Positions 9,701 through 19,663 of a DNA stretch of 64,000 nt are shown piece after piece. The DNA is taken from the NCBI GenBank assembly GCA_032128375.1, contig JAQBGU010000084.1, positions 32,001 through 96,000 on the forward strand, read 5' to 3'. The notes beneath the pieces were generated by a model that worked only from the letters and a program-made list of their open reading frames with translations, was not told the DNA's origin and made no database searches. Numbering within the stretch: the first letter of the stretch is position 1; each line of letters starts with the position of its first letter. The DNA is from Deltaproteobacteria bacterium. Lineage in GTDB: Bacteria > Myxococcota_A > UBA9160 > SMWR01. A program made the translations under genes and the position numbers.

Positions 9701-11308
9701 CTAGTCATACACCGCATCGATATGCCAAGTCTTGTGGATGTAGTCCAGCCGTAGCCGGGACACGGTACCGTCGCTCGTCTGTATGTCGAAGCTGTCGTAG
9801 GCGAAGCGACCTTCGCGGGACCACCAGCTTCCGGTCGTGCGCCAGGGGCCGGCAAGGTGAACGACGTGGCCGTTCGCGATCGCGCTGCGAACGAACTCTG
9901 GAATGCCGCGTGATACGCGCACGTTGGCGCTCAGCGGGGGACGCAACGCGCGGATGGCCAGATTCCCCGACAGCGAACTCGGTGATCTGGCAGGGGTGTG
10001 GGCTGAGGTGCTGGCTGTGGTATTCGCCGAGATCCTAGATGAGAGATGGCGGGGCGGTTGAAAAGGTCCCATGCCAAACGCGTCGGGATCATGGCTGTCA
10101 GCTACCTGTGGTGAACCGATACGATCGCGGCCGCATAGGGCTTCGAGTTCTGCGAGCGTTCGCCCGAGCACGGCGGGGGCGGGGCCCGCTGGGCGAAACA
10201 AGTCGAGCTGGTCGTTTTCATAGGGGCAGCCGTCGGTCTCGAGCGTCACGGTCTCTACCGCAGCGCGAGGCGGTTGGGACTCGAGCGCGTGACAGGCCAG
10301 GCGCATGAGGACCCGCAGATCGAGGGTGGGGGCGGCCGCGCCAACGCGTCGGGTATCGCGGCCGCCGCCCTCCTGGTCGAGCGTAAGTGTCAACTCGTCG
10401 CATGCCATGTGGCGGGCTTCCAGGCGCGCAAGTAGGCGAGAGAGCAGGCCCTGCAGCACGAAGACGAGCGGTTCGAGGCGATCGAGCGGACACTCGAGGT
10501 CGATGGCTTCGGTCAACCGCGTAGAGCTGGGTACGGGAAGAGGTGTATGATGATCGTGACCCTGAGCGAGTTCGACCAGCTGCAGTACGCGTGGGCCCAG
10601 CCGGGTTCGCAGTGCGCGTCGTGGCAACTGCAGCAGATCGCGTACCGTGTGTATCCCGAATCGCGTCAGTGTTTCGGCTGTCGCGTCATCTGGATCCAGT
10701 ATGTCGATGGACAGCGGCGCCAGGAAGCTCGCTTCTTCGCCAGCTTTGATGATGCAGGTTCGACCCGAGCCGGCGTGCGAAACTGATCCCGATGGCTCCA
10801 TACTGCTTGAAAGAGTTCTTGAAAGCTGGCGCGCGGCGATGTGCGCAATGTTGCGCGAGGAGGAGATCGCGACCTGGCCGGGAAGCCCGAGTCGCTCCGC
10901 ACGCGCGCTGAGTGCCGCTGCGAAACCGGCTTCGGAGCGAAACAGGGCCTCGACGCCAGACGCGTCGAGGTAGACCGCGGCCTCCGACGCATAAGGGCCC
11001 GAAGTGCGTGGTGCAGAGTCGGCTCGTGGAGACACGCTGATCGCTGCGTCGAGCAATGTGGCGCGCGCGGCGGCTTCGATTGCTGGGGAAGCGACGCGAA
11101 CGATCAGCTCTGCACAAACCGCTCGCGCATGAGCGACCGAAGTCGAGCGACGGGCACCACGGCGTGCGGCTTCGGGCGAAACCGCGATGAGTTCGGCCCG
11201 CGGGCCCGCGGCCGTCACCACCGCCAGCGGCTGACCGATGAGTTCGGGGTGCGCACGCAACTCTGCCGCCAACGGCAGGTTGGGAATCAGTAGGCACGCG
11301 GTGCGCAT
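9701..11308 (-). CDS. imuB: ImuB, catalytically inactive Y-family polymerase homolog
   Basis: Y-family fold motifs (AVSPEAARRG, VYLDASG, RFGIHTVRDL) lacking the catalytic Asp/Asp-Glu; beta-clamp motif QLDLF; C-terminal 'AGPWRTTGSWW'. Confidence 0.88.
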   Translation of the reverse strand: MRTACLLIPNLPLAAELRAHPELIGQPLAVVTAAGPRAELIAVSPEAARRGARRSTSVAHARAVCAELIVRVASPAIEAAARATLLDAAISVSPRADSAPRTSGPYASEAAVYLDASGVEALFRSEAGFAAALSARAERLGLPGQVAISSSRNIAHIAARQLSRTLSSSMEPSGSVSHAGSGRTCIIKAGEEASFLAPLSIDILDPDDATAETLTRFGIHTVRDLLQLPRRALRTRLGPRVLQLVELAQGHDHHTPLPVPSSTRLTEAIDLECPLDRLEPLVFVLQGLLSRLLARLEARHMACDELTLTLDQEGGGRDTRRVGAAAPTLDLRVLMRLACHALESQPPRAAVETVTLETDGCPYENDQLDLFRPAGPAPAVLGRTLAELEALCGRDRIGSPQVADSHDPDAFGMGPFQPPRHLSSRISANTTASTSAHTPARSPSSLSGNLAIRALRPPLSANVRVSRGIPEFVRSAIANGHVVHLAGPWRTTGSWWSREGRFAYDSFDIQTSDGTVSRLRLDYIHKTWHIDAVYD

Positions 11309-11314
11309 GGCCGT

Positions 11315-12139
11315 TCAGGCAGCTTGCGAAGTGCGCAGTCGTGCTGTCGCGCAGCGCTGGATGGGGGCGGTGCGATGTCGAACCAGGGCCGCCTGAATCA
11401 CCAACCCTTCGAGTAACGGGGGAGTGCCGGTGAACTGGGATTTGCCAGCTGCGAGTTCGATCGCGACTTCGGCTGCGGTCCCCATACTGCGCTCTCGGGT
11501 CAACACGATCAGTGCTGTCCCTGTGCTCGCGGCGGCTCTGGCCAAACGGGGGCCCGTGGCCGGTGCGATGCGGAGGTTCGGGATCGCCAGGTCGAGTAGA
11601 ACCAGCGCGAAGCCGTGAGCTTCCAGCAGCCGTTCTGCACAGCGCAGTGATTCGTTGGTACCCGGTGCGCGGACCCACAGCACGCGATCGAGCTGGGTGC
11701 CCGCACGGGCGGCGGAAGCCGGATCGAACGCGTCCGCGCAGTCTACGAGAGCAGCGACTTCTCCCGCGCCTGTGGTCTGTGCCAGCAGTGCGAGAGTCAG
11801 CGAGGTACGGCCCGATGAAGCGGGGCCAGAAATTTCGCTCAGTCGACCCCGTGGAAACCCCGGCTCGCTGCCGCCCAACAGCTGGTCGATGTCTGGGAGG
11901 CCAGTCGGGAGCCCTGCCTCGAGGGATGAGCCCAGCGGTGGGCCACCGAGGCGAATTTGGGAGCCGAGATCGTGCAACAGGCTTTTTAGCGGGCTCGCTA
12001 GCGGGCTCGCCATTGGGCCCGTCAACGGGCCCAATAGCAGGTCCGTTGACGGGCCTTCCAACGGGCCTTCCAACAGGTCTTCCAACAGGTCTTCCGCGGC
12101 TGGCGCGGAACGACCCGTGTCCGAGGGGGAGCGGAGCAC
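11315..12139 (-). CDS. imuA: ImuA / RecA-like mutagenesis accessory protein
   Basis: 'PTGLPDIDQLLGG..GFPRGRLSEISGPASSGRTSL', 'DAFDPASAARAG..LDRVLWVR'; directly upstream of imuB; start codon uncertain. Confidence 0.85.
   Translation of the reverse strand: MLRSPSDTGRSAPAAEDLLEDLLEGPLEGPSTDLLLGPLTGPMASPLASPLKSLLHDLGSQIRLGGPPLGSSLEAGLPTGLPDIDQLLGGSEPGFPRGRLSEISGPASSGRTSLTLALLAQTTGAGEVAALVDCADAFDPASAARAGTQLDRVLWVRAPGTNESLRCAERLLEAHGFALVLLDLAIPNLRIAPATGPRLARAAASTGTALIVLTRERSMGTAAEVAIELAAGKSQFTGTPPLLEGLVIQAALVRHRTAPIQRCATARLRTSQAA
11976..12095. repeat. Ten degenerate 12-bp tandem units within the 5' part of imuA
   Basis: Units such as aacgggccttcc, aacaggtcttcc, aacaggtcttcc, agcgggctcgct; encodes EDLL-EDLL-EGPL-EGPS...ASPL-ASPL. 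Confidence 0.8.
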
Positions 12140-12147
12140 GGAAATAC

Positions 12148-12174
12148 TTTCGTCTTATTTTCGCCTTTCGTCAA
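12148..12174 (-). promoter_or_regulatory. Candidate repressor (SOS-box-like) direct repeat and -35 element upstream of imuA
   Basis: TTTCG at 12148 and 12159 (11-bp period), third copy at 12166; TTGACG on the minus strand at 12174-12169. Confidence 0.4.
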
Positions 12175-12205
12175 CCAAAATCAACGATGCCCGAAAGATT
12201 GTGCG

Positions 12206-12847
12206 TCACGGCGGATTTGGGTCGGCGATCCGCACCCGACGTGCCTCGATCACCAGCTGCCCGCGGCCGAACAGACCGATCACCTCTGGAACCAGCCGCC
12301 GCTCCACCGCTTGTACGCGTTCGGCGAGCGTCGCGATCGTATCGCCGTCGAGAACAGCAACCGCTTCTTGCGCGATGATCGGCCCGCAATCGTAATCCGC
12401 GTCGACGAAGTGAACCGTGGCGCCGGTGAGTTTCACACCGGCTTCCAAGACGGCTTCATATACACGACGTCCATAGAAACCTCGTCCGGAAAAGGCCGGA
12501 ATCAGTGCGGGGTGAACATTGATCGCACGGCCGGCGAACTTTCCGCGGGTTTCGAATGGCGACAGGAAACCCAGGCATGCGACCAAATCGACTTCGAAGC
12601 GCTCCAGTTCGGCGTGCAGCGCGTCGTTGAAATCGCCCGGGTCGGGATGGTCTTTGCGGGGTACAGCCACTGCCGGTACGCCGTGTCGTCGCGCGCGTTC
12701 GAGTCCACCCGCGGATTTCTTCGATGCGATGACGACTTCGACCGTCGCGGCCAGGCTTCCGGCTTCGATGCGTTCGAACAGATTCGCAAGGCTGGTCCCC
12801 TCTCCAGACAGCAAAACGGCCAATCGGACCGGACCGGCAGCTGTCAC
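12206..12847 (-). CDS. purN: Phosphoribosylglycinamide formyltransferase
   Basis: LAVLLSGEGTSL, INVHPALIP, GATVHFVDADYDCGPIIAQ; GTG start overlaps the metF stop (GTGA). Confidence 0.95.
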   Translation of the reverse strand: MTAAGPVRLAVLLSGEGTSLANLFERIEAGSLAATVEVVIASKKSAGGLERARRHGVPAVAVPRKDHPDPGDFNDALHAELERFEVDLVACLGFLSPFETRGKFAGRAINVHPALIPAFSGRGFYGRRVYEAVLEAGVKLTGATVHFVDADYDCGPIIAQEAVAVLDGDTIATLAERVQAVERRLVPEVIGLFGRGQLVIEARRVRIADPNPP

Positions 12848-13701
12848 GAGCCCTGTAGCTCTTGGAAGACTCGCCGCGTCGCGGGAGAACGGTTCATCGT
12901 ATAGAAGTGGATTCCGGGCGCGCCGCCGTCCAGCAGAGCGCGGCACTGCTGCGTCGCCCAAGTTACGCCGACTTCCAGGGTGCGGGCGTCGTCACCCTCG
13001 ACGCTGGAGAGCTGAACTTCGAGCTCCGCGGGTATTCGCGCGCCACACATTTGGGTGATACGGCGAATGTTCGATGTGCTGATGATGGGCATGATTCCCG
13101 GGACGATTGGTTGTTCGATTCCAGCCGCGCGCGCGCGCGCCACGAAGTCGAAGTATCCCTGGTTGTCGAAGAACAGCTGGGTGATCAATACTTCGGCGCC
13201 CTCGCGGGTCTTCAGGGTCAGGTTCTCGAGGTCGACTTCTCGGCTCGGCGCGAGCGGGTGTGTTTCCGGGTAGCAGGCGCCGGCCAACGCGAAATCCCAG
13301 CGCGAGCGAATGAATCGCGCGAGTTCATTTGCGTACATGAATGCACCAGCCGGGGGTTCGTTCTCGTCCGGTCGATCGCCCCCGAGCGCCAGCACGTTTT
13401 CGATTCCCTCACTGGCGAGGCGATCGAGAGTTTCCGTGAGTTGTTCCGGCGAGGATCCGATGCAGCTCAGGTGCGCCATCGCGGTGATGCCGAGCTCGCG
13501 TTGAATTTTCGCGACGATCTCCACCGTCTTTCCGCGCGATGAGCCACCGGCACCCCAGGTTACCGAGACGAAGTCCGGGTTCAGACGCTTGAGCTCTTCG
13601 ACGGTGCGAAACAGCGAACCGAACCCGTTTTCGGATTTCGGCGGAAAGAATTCGAACGAGAACGCGCGCCCGCCATCGCGGTACATATCAGCGATCCGCA
13701 T
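12844..13701 (-). CDS. metF: Methylenetetrahydrofolate reductase
   Basis: SFEFFPPK, FVSVTWGAGG, YPETHP, ITQLFFDN, GIHFYTMN. Confidence 0.96.
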   Translation of the reverse strand: MRIADMYRDGGRAFSFEFFPPKSENGFGSLFRTVEELKRLNPDFVSVTWGAGGSSRGKTVEIVAKIQRELGITAMAHLSCIGSSPEQLTETLDRLASEGIENVLALGGDRPDENEPPAGAFMYANELARFIRSRWDFALAGACYPETHPLAPSREVDLENLTLKTREGAEVLITQLFFDNQGYFDFVARARAAGIEQPIVPGIMPIISTSNIRRITQMCGARIPAELEVQLSSVEGDDARTLEVGVTWATQQCRALLDGGAPGIHFYTMNRSPATRRVFQELQGS

Positions 13702-13781
13702 GGCCGCTATTCTAACGGGCTGCCGGGCACCGCCGCCATTGACGCTCCTGATGGTGGCCGCGAAACTGGCTCGGGAGAAAA

Positions 13782-14717
13782 ATGACCATACTCGTTTCTG
13801 GCTCTGTCGCGTTCGACCACATCATGACCTTCCCGCAGAAGTTCGCGGATCACATCCTGCCCGATAAGCTCGATGACTTGAACGTCGCGTTCAACATTAC
13901 CGATTGGCAGACGCACTTTGGCGGCACAGGCGGCAACATCGGCTTCTGCTTGCGCTTGCTGGGTGAAGACCCGTTGATCCTCGCGACGGTCGGATCCGAT
14001 TTTGGACCCTATGGCGACTGGTTCGATCGTCACTCCATGAGCCGTGAGGGGTTGCGCGTGTTCGACGATGTCCGGTCGCCACAGGGTTTCGTGACTACTG
14101 ACACCTCGGGAAACCAGATCTGGAACTTCTACGAAGGAGCGATGTCGCGCGCCCACGAGGCTCGCGTGGAGGATCTGAAATCAAGTTTCGATTTTGCAAT
14201 CGTATCCGCGAACGGCAAGCAGGCGATGCTCGATCATGCGCGGGTGCTCAAGAGCCGCAACATCCCAACCTTTATCGATCCCAGTCACGGCCTGCCTCTG
14301 CTCGATCGCGACGAGACGCTCAGTTTGATCGATGGATGCGCGGCATACGTCGTCAACCACTACGAATGGTCGCTCACGCTCGAGAAGACCTCGCTATCGG
14401 AACAGGAGATCATCGAGCGCTGTGATGCGGTCGTCATTACCAAAGGCAAAGACGGATCGTTGATCCACGAAGGCGGGCGCGTGATCGAAATCCCGCCGGT
14501 GGCCGCGGCGCGCGTCGCCGATCCCACCGGATGTGGAGACGCCTACCGGGCTGGACTGATCCACGGTCGCGCAAGTGGGCTCCCATTCGAGACGGCCGGC
14601 CGAATCGCCAGCCTGCTCGGAACATGGCAAGTGGAATTCGAGGGGACGCAGAACTTGGACCTGACCATCGACGCGTTCAAAGAAAGATACGAGCGAGAGT
14701 TCGGCAGCGCGTTTTGA
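13782..14717 (+). CDS. PfkB-family kinase (adenosine/nucleoside kinase-like)
   Basis: SGSVAFDHIM, FGGTGGNI, DPTGCGDAYRAG. Confidence 0.9.
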   Translation: MTILVSGSVAFDHIMTFPQKFADHILPDKLDDLNVAFNITDWQTHFGGTGGNIGFCLRLLGEDPLILATVGSDFGPYGDWFDRHSMSREGLRVFDDVRSPQGFVTTDTSGNQIWNFYEGAMSRAHEARVEDLKSSFDFAIVSANGKQAMLDHARVLKSRNIPTFIDPSHGLPLLDRDETLSLIDGCAAYVVNHYEWSLTLEKTSLSEQEIIERCDAVVITKGKDGSLIHEGGRVIEIPPVAAARVADPTGCGDAYRAGLIHGRASGLPFETAGRIASLLGTWQVEFEGTQNLDLTIDAFKERYEREFGSAF

Positions 14718-15934
14718 CGGACAAGCTGGCGCATCTCCAATCTCGCAAGCGCGACCTGCTGATGTTTCTGGCAGCGGGATCTCTCCCGCTGCCGTGGATG
14801 ATCTCGGCGCAATTCGAGGGCCTGGGTTATCCGCCACAGTTGACCGCGACGCTGGCGGGATTCGCGATCCTCGGTGGCGCCATGCTGCTGTCGTGGGCCA
14901 CCGAATTGGCGGAGCGGGATATCCCGCAAGCCGTTGCGATCCTGGCGCTGGCGCTGATCAGTGTCCTGCCCGAGTACGCCATCGACTTGCATTTTGCGTG
15001 GGCGGCGGGCAAGGATATATCGATGGCGCCATTCGCAGTCGCCAACATGACCGGCGCGAACCGTTTGCTGATCGGAATTGGCTGGGCGGCCGTGGTACTC
15101 GTCTCGTGCTTCCGCTCGAAATCGACCAAACTCGTGATTCATCCGCGCCGTATCCTGGAGATCCGCTTCCTGTTGTGGGCGACGCTCTATTCGTTCCTCG
15201 TGCCGCTGTCCGGCACGATCAACCTGTTGGATGCGGCCGTTTTTTTCGCGATCTTCGCCGCCTACACGTTCGCCGCGATGCGGAGCGATTCGGACGAGGT
15301 CGAATTGATGGGGCCGTCCGGGATGCTCGATCGCGAGTTCGGAGACACCGGTCGTCGCATCTTGATCGTGGTGTTGTTCGCGTTCGCCGCGTACGGAATC
15401 TTTGTTTCTGCCGCGCCCTTCGCCGACAGCCTGGTCGCGATCGGACGGGCGGGGCATATCGATGAGTTCTTGCTCGTGCAGTGGTTGGCGCCGCTTGCGT
15501 CGGAATCGCCCGAATTCCTGATCGCGATCCTGTTCGCCTGGAAGCTGCGCGGATCGGTCGGAATTGGAACGCTGATTTCATCGAAGGTGAATCAGTGGAC
15601 GCTGCTGGTCGGTGCTATTCCGATCGCGTTCGCACTGTCGTCGGGGGGGCTGGCTGGCTTGCCGCTAGACGAGCGCCAGACCGAGGAATTGGTCCTGACG
15701 TCGGCCCAGTCGCTGCTTGCGGTCGTGTTGATCGTCGACCTTCGATTCAGTCGAATGGAAGCGATGTCGCTGGCGGCGCTCTTCCTCGCGCAGTTCTTGT
15801 TCACGAGCACAGAAGTTCGATATCTGTTCATCGGATTCTATCTGGCGTTGGCCGTCGCACTGCTGATTCAAGGCGGGGGGAAGCGGCGCCACGACCTGCT
15901 CGAGATACTGGCCGGAAGACGGGGCAGGCAGTAG
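14714..15934 (+). CDS. Sodium:calcium antiporter (CaCA family)
   Basis: Two alpha-repeat-like motifs (SVLPEY..ANMTGAN; LASESPE..SSKVNQ), many TM segments; TTG start overlaps the upstream stop. Confidence 0.85.
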   Translation: MTDKLAHLQSRKRDLLMFLAAGSLPLPWMISAQFEGLGYPPQLTATLAGFAILGGAMLLSWATELAERDIPQAVAILALALISVLPEYAIDLHFAWAAGKDISMAPFAVANMTGANRLLIGIGWAAVVLVSCFRSKSTKLVIHPRRILEIRFLLWATLYSFLVPLSGTINLLDAAVFFAIFAAYTFAAMRSDSDEVELMGPSGMLDREFGDTGRRILIVVLFAFAAYGIFVSAAPFADSLVAIGRAGHIDEFLLVQWLAPLASESPEFLIAILFAWKLRGSVGIGTLISSKVNQWTLLVGAIPIAFALSSGGLAGLPLDERQTEELVLTSAQSLLAVVLIVDLRFSRMEAMSLAALFLAQFLFTSTEVRYLFIGFYLALAVALLIQGGGKRRHDLLEILAGRRGRQ

Positions 15935-15961
15935 CTCCCGAATGGATTGTTGGGGCTAGCG

Positions 15962-17092
15962 ATGGACACCGATGTCGTAGTCATTGGAGCGGGGGTCGTC
16001 GGACTCGCAGCAGCCGCGGCACTGGCGCGGTCGGGGCGCTCGGTCGTCGTTCTGGAGCGAAACCCGGGGATCGGCCGCGAGATCACTGCCCGCAACAGTG
16101 AAGTCATTCATGCGGGGATCTACTACCCGGCCGGATCATTGAAGGCCAAGCTGTGTGTCGCCGGTCGCGAGGCGCTCTATGCGCGCTGCGTAACCCAGAA
16201 AATTCCACACCGTCGCTGCGGAAAGTTGATCGTCGCGGTCGACTCCGCAGAGTTCGCTACGCTCGAGGATCTCCAGCGCAAGGCGGCAGTAAACGGTGTA
16301 GATCTGGAGTTCATCGACGCAAGAGAAATCGAACGGTGCGAGCCGAGCATTCGTGCGCGGGCTGCGCTGCTCTCGAAACACACAGGCATCATCGACGGGC
16401 AGGCGTTGTGCCTTTCCTACCTGACCGAGATGGAATCGCACGCTGGGCTGCTCTCGCTCCACACCGAGGTCCTCGCGATCGAACCGCTGTCGGGCGGATA
16501 TCGGATCATCGCGATCGGCAGCGATGGAGAGCGCAGCAGTATCGAGTGCGCTGCTGTCGTCAACGCCGCCGGAATGACTTCCGATTGTATCGCGCAGCGC
16601 GCTGGCATCGATATCGACGCTTGCAACTACCGCATCTATCCGTGCAAGGGCGATTACTTTGCCGTGGCACCAGCTGCCAAACTGAGCCTCTCGCGGCTGA
16701 TCTATCCGGTTCCCGTCCAGGCGGGGCTGGGCATTCACATCACCATGGACCTCGCGGGGCGTTTTCGGCTCGGACCGGACGCCGAGTACTGCAATGTCCC
16801 GAGATACGACATCGACGCTGATAAGGCTGACGAGTTCGCTCGCGCTGTCGGGCGATTCTTACCCGGGTTGAAACGGGAATGGCTGTCGCCCGACTACGCC
16901 GGCATCCGACCCAAACTGGCTGCGCCCGGTGAGCCGTTTCGGGATTTCGTCATTCGAGAGGAATCGGATCGCGGCCTACCGGGCTTCGTGAATCTGGTTG
17001 GAATCGAATCGCCGGGACTCACCGCATCACCGGCGATTGCGGATTTGGTGGTGGCACTGCTCGATGGCGCGCAGCCGAAAACCGGCAGCTAG
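15962..17092 (+). CDS. FAD-dependent oxidoreductase, L-2-hydroxyglutarate oxidase-like
   Basis: VIGAGVVG, RNSEVIHAGIYY, GLGIH, YAGIRPKL, GIESPGLTASPAIA. Confidence 0.9.
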   Translation: MDTDVVVIGAGVVGLAAAAALARSGRSVVVLERNPGIGREITARNSEVIHAGIYYPAGSLKAKLCVAGREALYARCVTQKIPHRRCGKLIVAVDSAEFATLEDLQRKAAVNGVDLEFIDAREIERCEPSIRARAALLSKHTGIIDGQALCLSYLTEMESHAGLLSLHTEVLAIEPLSGGYRIIAIGSDGERSSIECAAVVNAAGMTSDCIAQRAGIDIDACNYRIYPCKGDYFAVAPAAKLSLSRLIYPVPVQAGLGIHITMDLAGRFRLGPDAEYCNVPRYDIDADKADEFARAVGRFLPGLKREWLSPDYAGIRPKLAAPGEPFRDFVIREESDRGLPGFVNLVGIESPGLTASPAIADLVVALLDGAQPKTGS

Positions 17093-17099
17093 CCCCGCA

Positions 17100-18527
17100 A
17101 TGGACGTCGCGTTTAGCGCCCAGTTGCTCGCCAGCATCGAAGCGACCGCTGACGGAGGTCGCCTGCGTTTGATCGCGCGCGCAGTTGCAGACGCTGGCGG
17201 AAGGGCGGTTCTGGTCGGCGGTGCGGTTCGGGACGGACTGTTGGGGGAGAGAGTCAAAGACCTCGACGTCGAAGTTTTCGGTCTCGATCTCGATCGACTT
17301 CACAGTGTGCTGGGTCGTTTCGGAGACGTGCTCACGATCGGTCGGTCGTTCGGCGTGCTGGCGATCGACGGGCTTTCCATCGATTTTTCGTTGCCTCGCA
17401 GAGACAACAAGGTTGCGCCAGGCCACAAGGGTTTCGATATCGAGTGGGACCCGATGCTCTCGTTCGATCAGGCGGCGCGACGCCGCGACCTGACGATCAA
17501 CAGCATGGGGATCGACCTCGCGACGGGAGAGTTCTTGGATCCGCACGGTGGGCGCGACGATCTGCAGCGGCGCCGCTTGCAGGCAACAGATGCGGTGTTG
17601 TTCCCCGAGGATCCTCTGCGCGGGCTGCGCGTTGCACAATTCGCCGCGCGCTTCTGCATGGAACCGACGGCCGAATTGATCGCGTTGTGTGCTCCGCTGG
17701 ACCTTTCGGAGCTTCCGGCCGAGAGGATCGGAGCGGAATTTCGAAAACTGCTTTGCAAGGGGCGCGAACCGTCGCGCGGCTTGTCGTTTCTGTTCGACTC
17801 GGGTCTGCTGCGCTTCTTTCCTGAGCTCACCGCGCTGGTGGGAGTGCCGCAAGATGCACAGTGGCATCCCGAAGGTGATGTCTGGATCCACACGTTGATG
17901 GTGGCCGATCGCGCCGCAGAGCTTCACACGGGAATCGCCGAGCAAGACGAACTGCTGATGTTCGGCGCGCTGTGTCATGATTTGGGAAAACCGGCGACCA
18001 CCGAGATGATCGAGGGCCGGATCCGGTCGCGGAATCACGACAGGCAGGGCGTCGAACCGACGCGCGCATTACTCGCCAGGTTGGCCGTGGGCGGCGATTT
18101 GAAGAACCAGGTCGCGGCCCTGGTCGAGTACCACCTGGCCCCCGCGTTGTTCACATCGGCGAAGAACCAGGCGGGCGCACGCGGCTACCGAAAGCTCGCA
18201 CGACAGCTCGGCCAAGTGGGCCTTTCGATGCGCGATCTCGAGCGGGTGGCGCGCGCTGACCATCTCGGTCGGACGACAGCCGAGGCGCTTCGCCGCGAGT
18301 TCCCGGCTGGAGACGCCTTCCTCGCGCGCGCCGAGCAATTGGCTGTAGCCGAACAGGCGCCAGCAGATGTGGTCTCGGGGCGCCACCTGATCGATGCGGG
18401 TCTCGAGCCTTCGCCGAGGTTTGGAGAAATTCTGCGCCGGTGTCGAGAGTTACAGGATGCCAGCGGATCGACCGACGCGAACGAAATCCTCAGGCGTGCC
18501 TTGGACGAGAACGCCGACGAGGTCTGA
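17100..18527 (+). CDS. cca: Class II tRNA nucleotidyltransferase (CCA-adding/poly(A) polymerase family) with HD domain
   Basis: VGGAVRD..DLDVE, RRDLTINSM, EDPLRGLR, HPEGDVWIHT..LCHDLGK. Confidence 0.88.
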   Translation: MDVAFSAQLLASIEATADGGRLRLIARAVADAGGRAVLVGGAVRDGLLGERVKDLDVEVFGLDLDRLHSVLGRFGDVLTIGRSFGVLAIDGLSIDFSLPRRDNKVAPGHKGFDIEWDPMLSFDQAARRRDLTINSMGIDLATGEFLDPHGGRDDLQRRRLQATDAVLFPEDPLRGLRVAQFAARFCMEPTAELIALCAPLDLSELPAERIGAEFRKLLCKGREPSRGLSFLFDSGLLRFFPELTALVGVPQDAQWHPEGDVWIHTLMVADRAAELHTGIAEQDELLMFGALCHDLGKPATTEMIEGRIRSRNHDRQGVEPTRALLARLAVGGDLKNQVAALVEYHLAPALFTSAKNQAGARGYRKLARQLGQVGLSMRDLERVARADHLGRTTAEALRREFPAGDAFLARAEQLAVAEQAPADVVSGRHLIDAGLEPSPRFGEILRRCRELQDASGSTDANEILRRALDENADEV

Positions 18528-18644
18528 TTCGTATACCTACACACCGACCGAAGCTGGCATCCAAATTTTCGGTGGCATTGATACAGCCACGACGGCCGTC
18601 GAGATGGCACGTCGAAGTTCCGAATAGCGCTGAGGCCAACGCTC

Positions 18645-19598
18645 CTACATTGGCTTGATCAACAATCCGAAAGTTGTTAGTCCGTCTTCGGCCCATCGCG
18701 ACTTGTAGTCCGAAAAGGAACCCAGGTCGTAGGTGTCGGCCCCGACATCGCACAACCATTTCAGCATTTCGAACTGCAGCACGTTTCCAAGACCGAGCGC
18801 GCGCTCATCATCGTCGAAACCCATCTGCAGGCCGCGAAACCGTCCGTCGATCAGACCGCCGTGCAGGTAGCCGACGGCTTCGCCTTCGCGCTCGGCGAAG
18901 AGCAGCCGCAACTGGTCCCGGGCTTGGAGACGCGGCCACATCCCAGAGTAGAAGCTGCACATAGGGCCCGTGTTCGTTCCTGTGCCGAGGCGTCCCTTCC
19001 AGCTGCGCCTTTCCACCTCCAGCACGCGCTCGAAGCTGCACGTCAGTTCGGCGACTTCGACTCGCCGAAAGGCGATTTCCGCGCTCGACACCCGCCGGGC
19101 AGCCGCTCGCAAATTGCGCCGAAAACTCTGCGAGCGGCGTTCGAGCCACGCGGGCATTCCGCCGTGCAGCGACGCGGCTCGGCGCGTGGTGGGCTTGGTT
19201 TCGTAAATGGCGAATCGGCCTTCGAGCGAGCGCACCAGTGGGGCGATGCGTGCGCGATCGAGTGGCAGACCCAACAGCAAGGCAGCGCGGTGCGATTCCT
19301 TGAGCGCGGCACCCAAAAGCGCGCCCGCGCCCGCTCCAACAAGCGGGGAGCCAAATCCCCACATGTCCTCCAGCGGCGAAAAATAGCTTCCCAGCGCAGC
19401 GTTTTCATTTTCTGCAAGCATGACGAAGCTTTCGGCGTCGCGCGCGAACCACACAGGCCGCTGCGGAGCGAACGCATCGTGATAGGAAAGCTGCCATGCG
19501 GTGCGGCTGCAGAAGGGATCGATGGCCAGATCCTTTTCGATCAGCGTGTCACATGTCTCTGCGACGCTTTCGAGTTCGGTGCGGCTGACTTGAAACAT
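18645..19598 (-). CDS. GNAT-family acetyltransferase (CelD/BcsL-like)
   Basis: 'WLERRSQSFRRNLR', 'VERRSWK', 'LGLGNVLQFEML', 'YDLG..DYKSRW'; ATG at 19598. Confidence 0.75.
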   Translation of the reverse strand: MFQVSRTELESVAETCDTLIEKDLAIDPFCSRTAWQLSYHDAFAPQRPVWFARDAESFVMLAENENAALGSYFSPLEDMWGFGSPLVGAGAGALLGAALKESHRAALLLGLPLDRARIAPLVRSLEGRFAIYETKPTTRRAASLHGGMPAWLERRSQSFRRNLRAAARRVSSAEIAFRRVEVAELTCSFERVLEVERRSWKGRLGTGTNTGPMCSFYSGMWPRLQARDQLRLLFAEREGEAVGYLHGGLIDGRFRGLQMGFDDDERALGLGNVLQFEMLKWLCDVGADTYDLGSFSDYKSRWAEDGLTTFGLLIKPM

Positions 19599-19663
19599 GG
19601 AAAGCCGAAAGTAGAGGAGGGTAGAGAGAAGTGCACAAGAATAGAGAAGGTAGAGTGCTCGCG

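Noticed and set aside
9701..11308. Active DNA polymerase IV (dinB)
   Set aside because: The catalytic Asp and Asp-Glu motifs are absent and the context is imuA-imuB.
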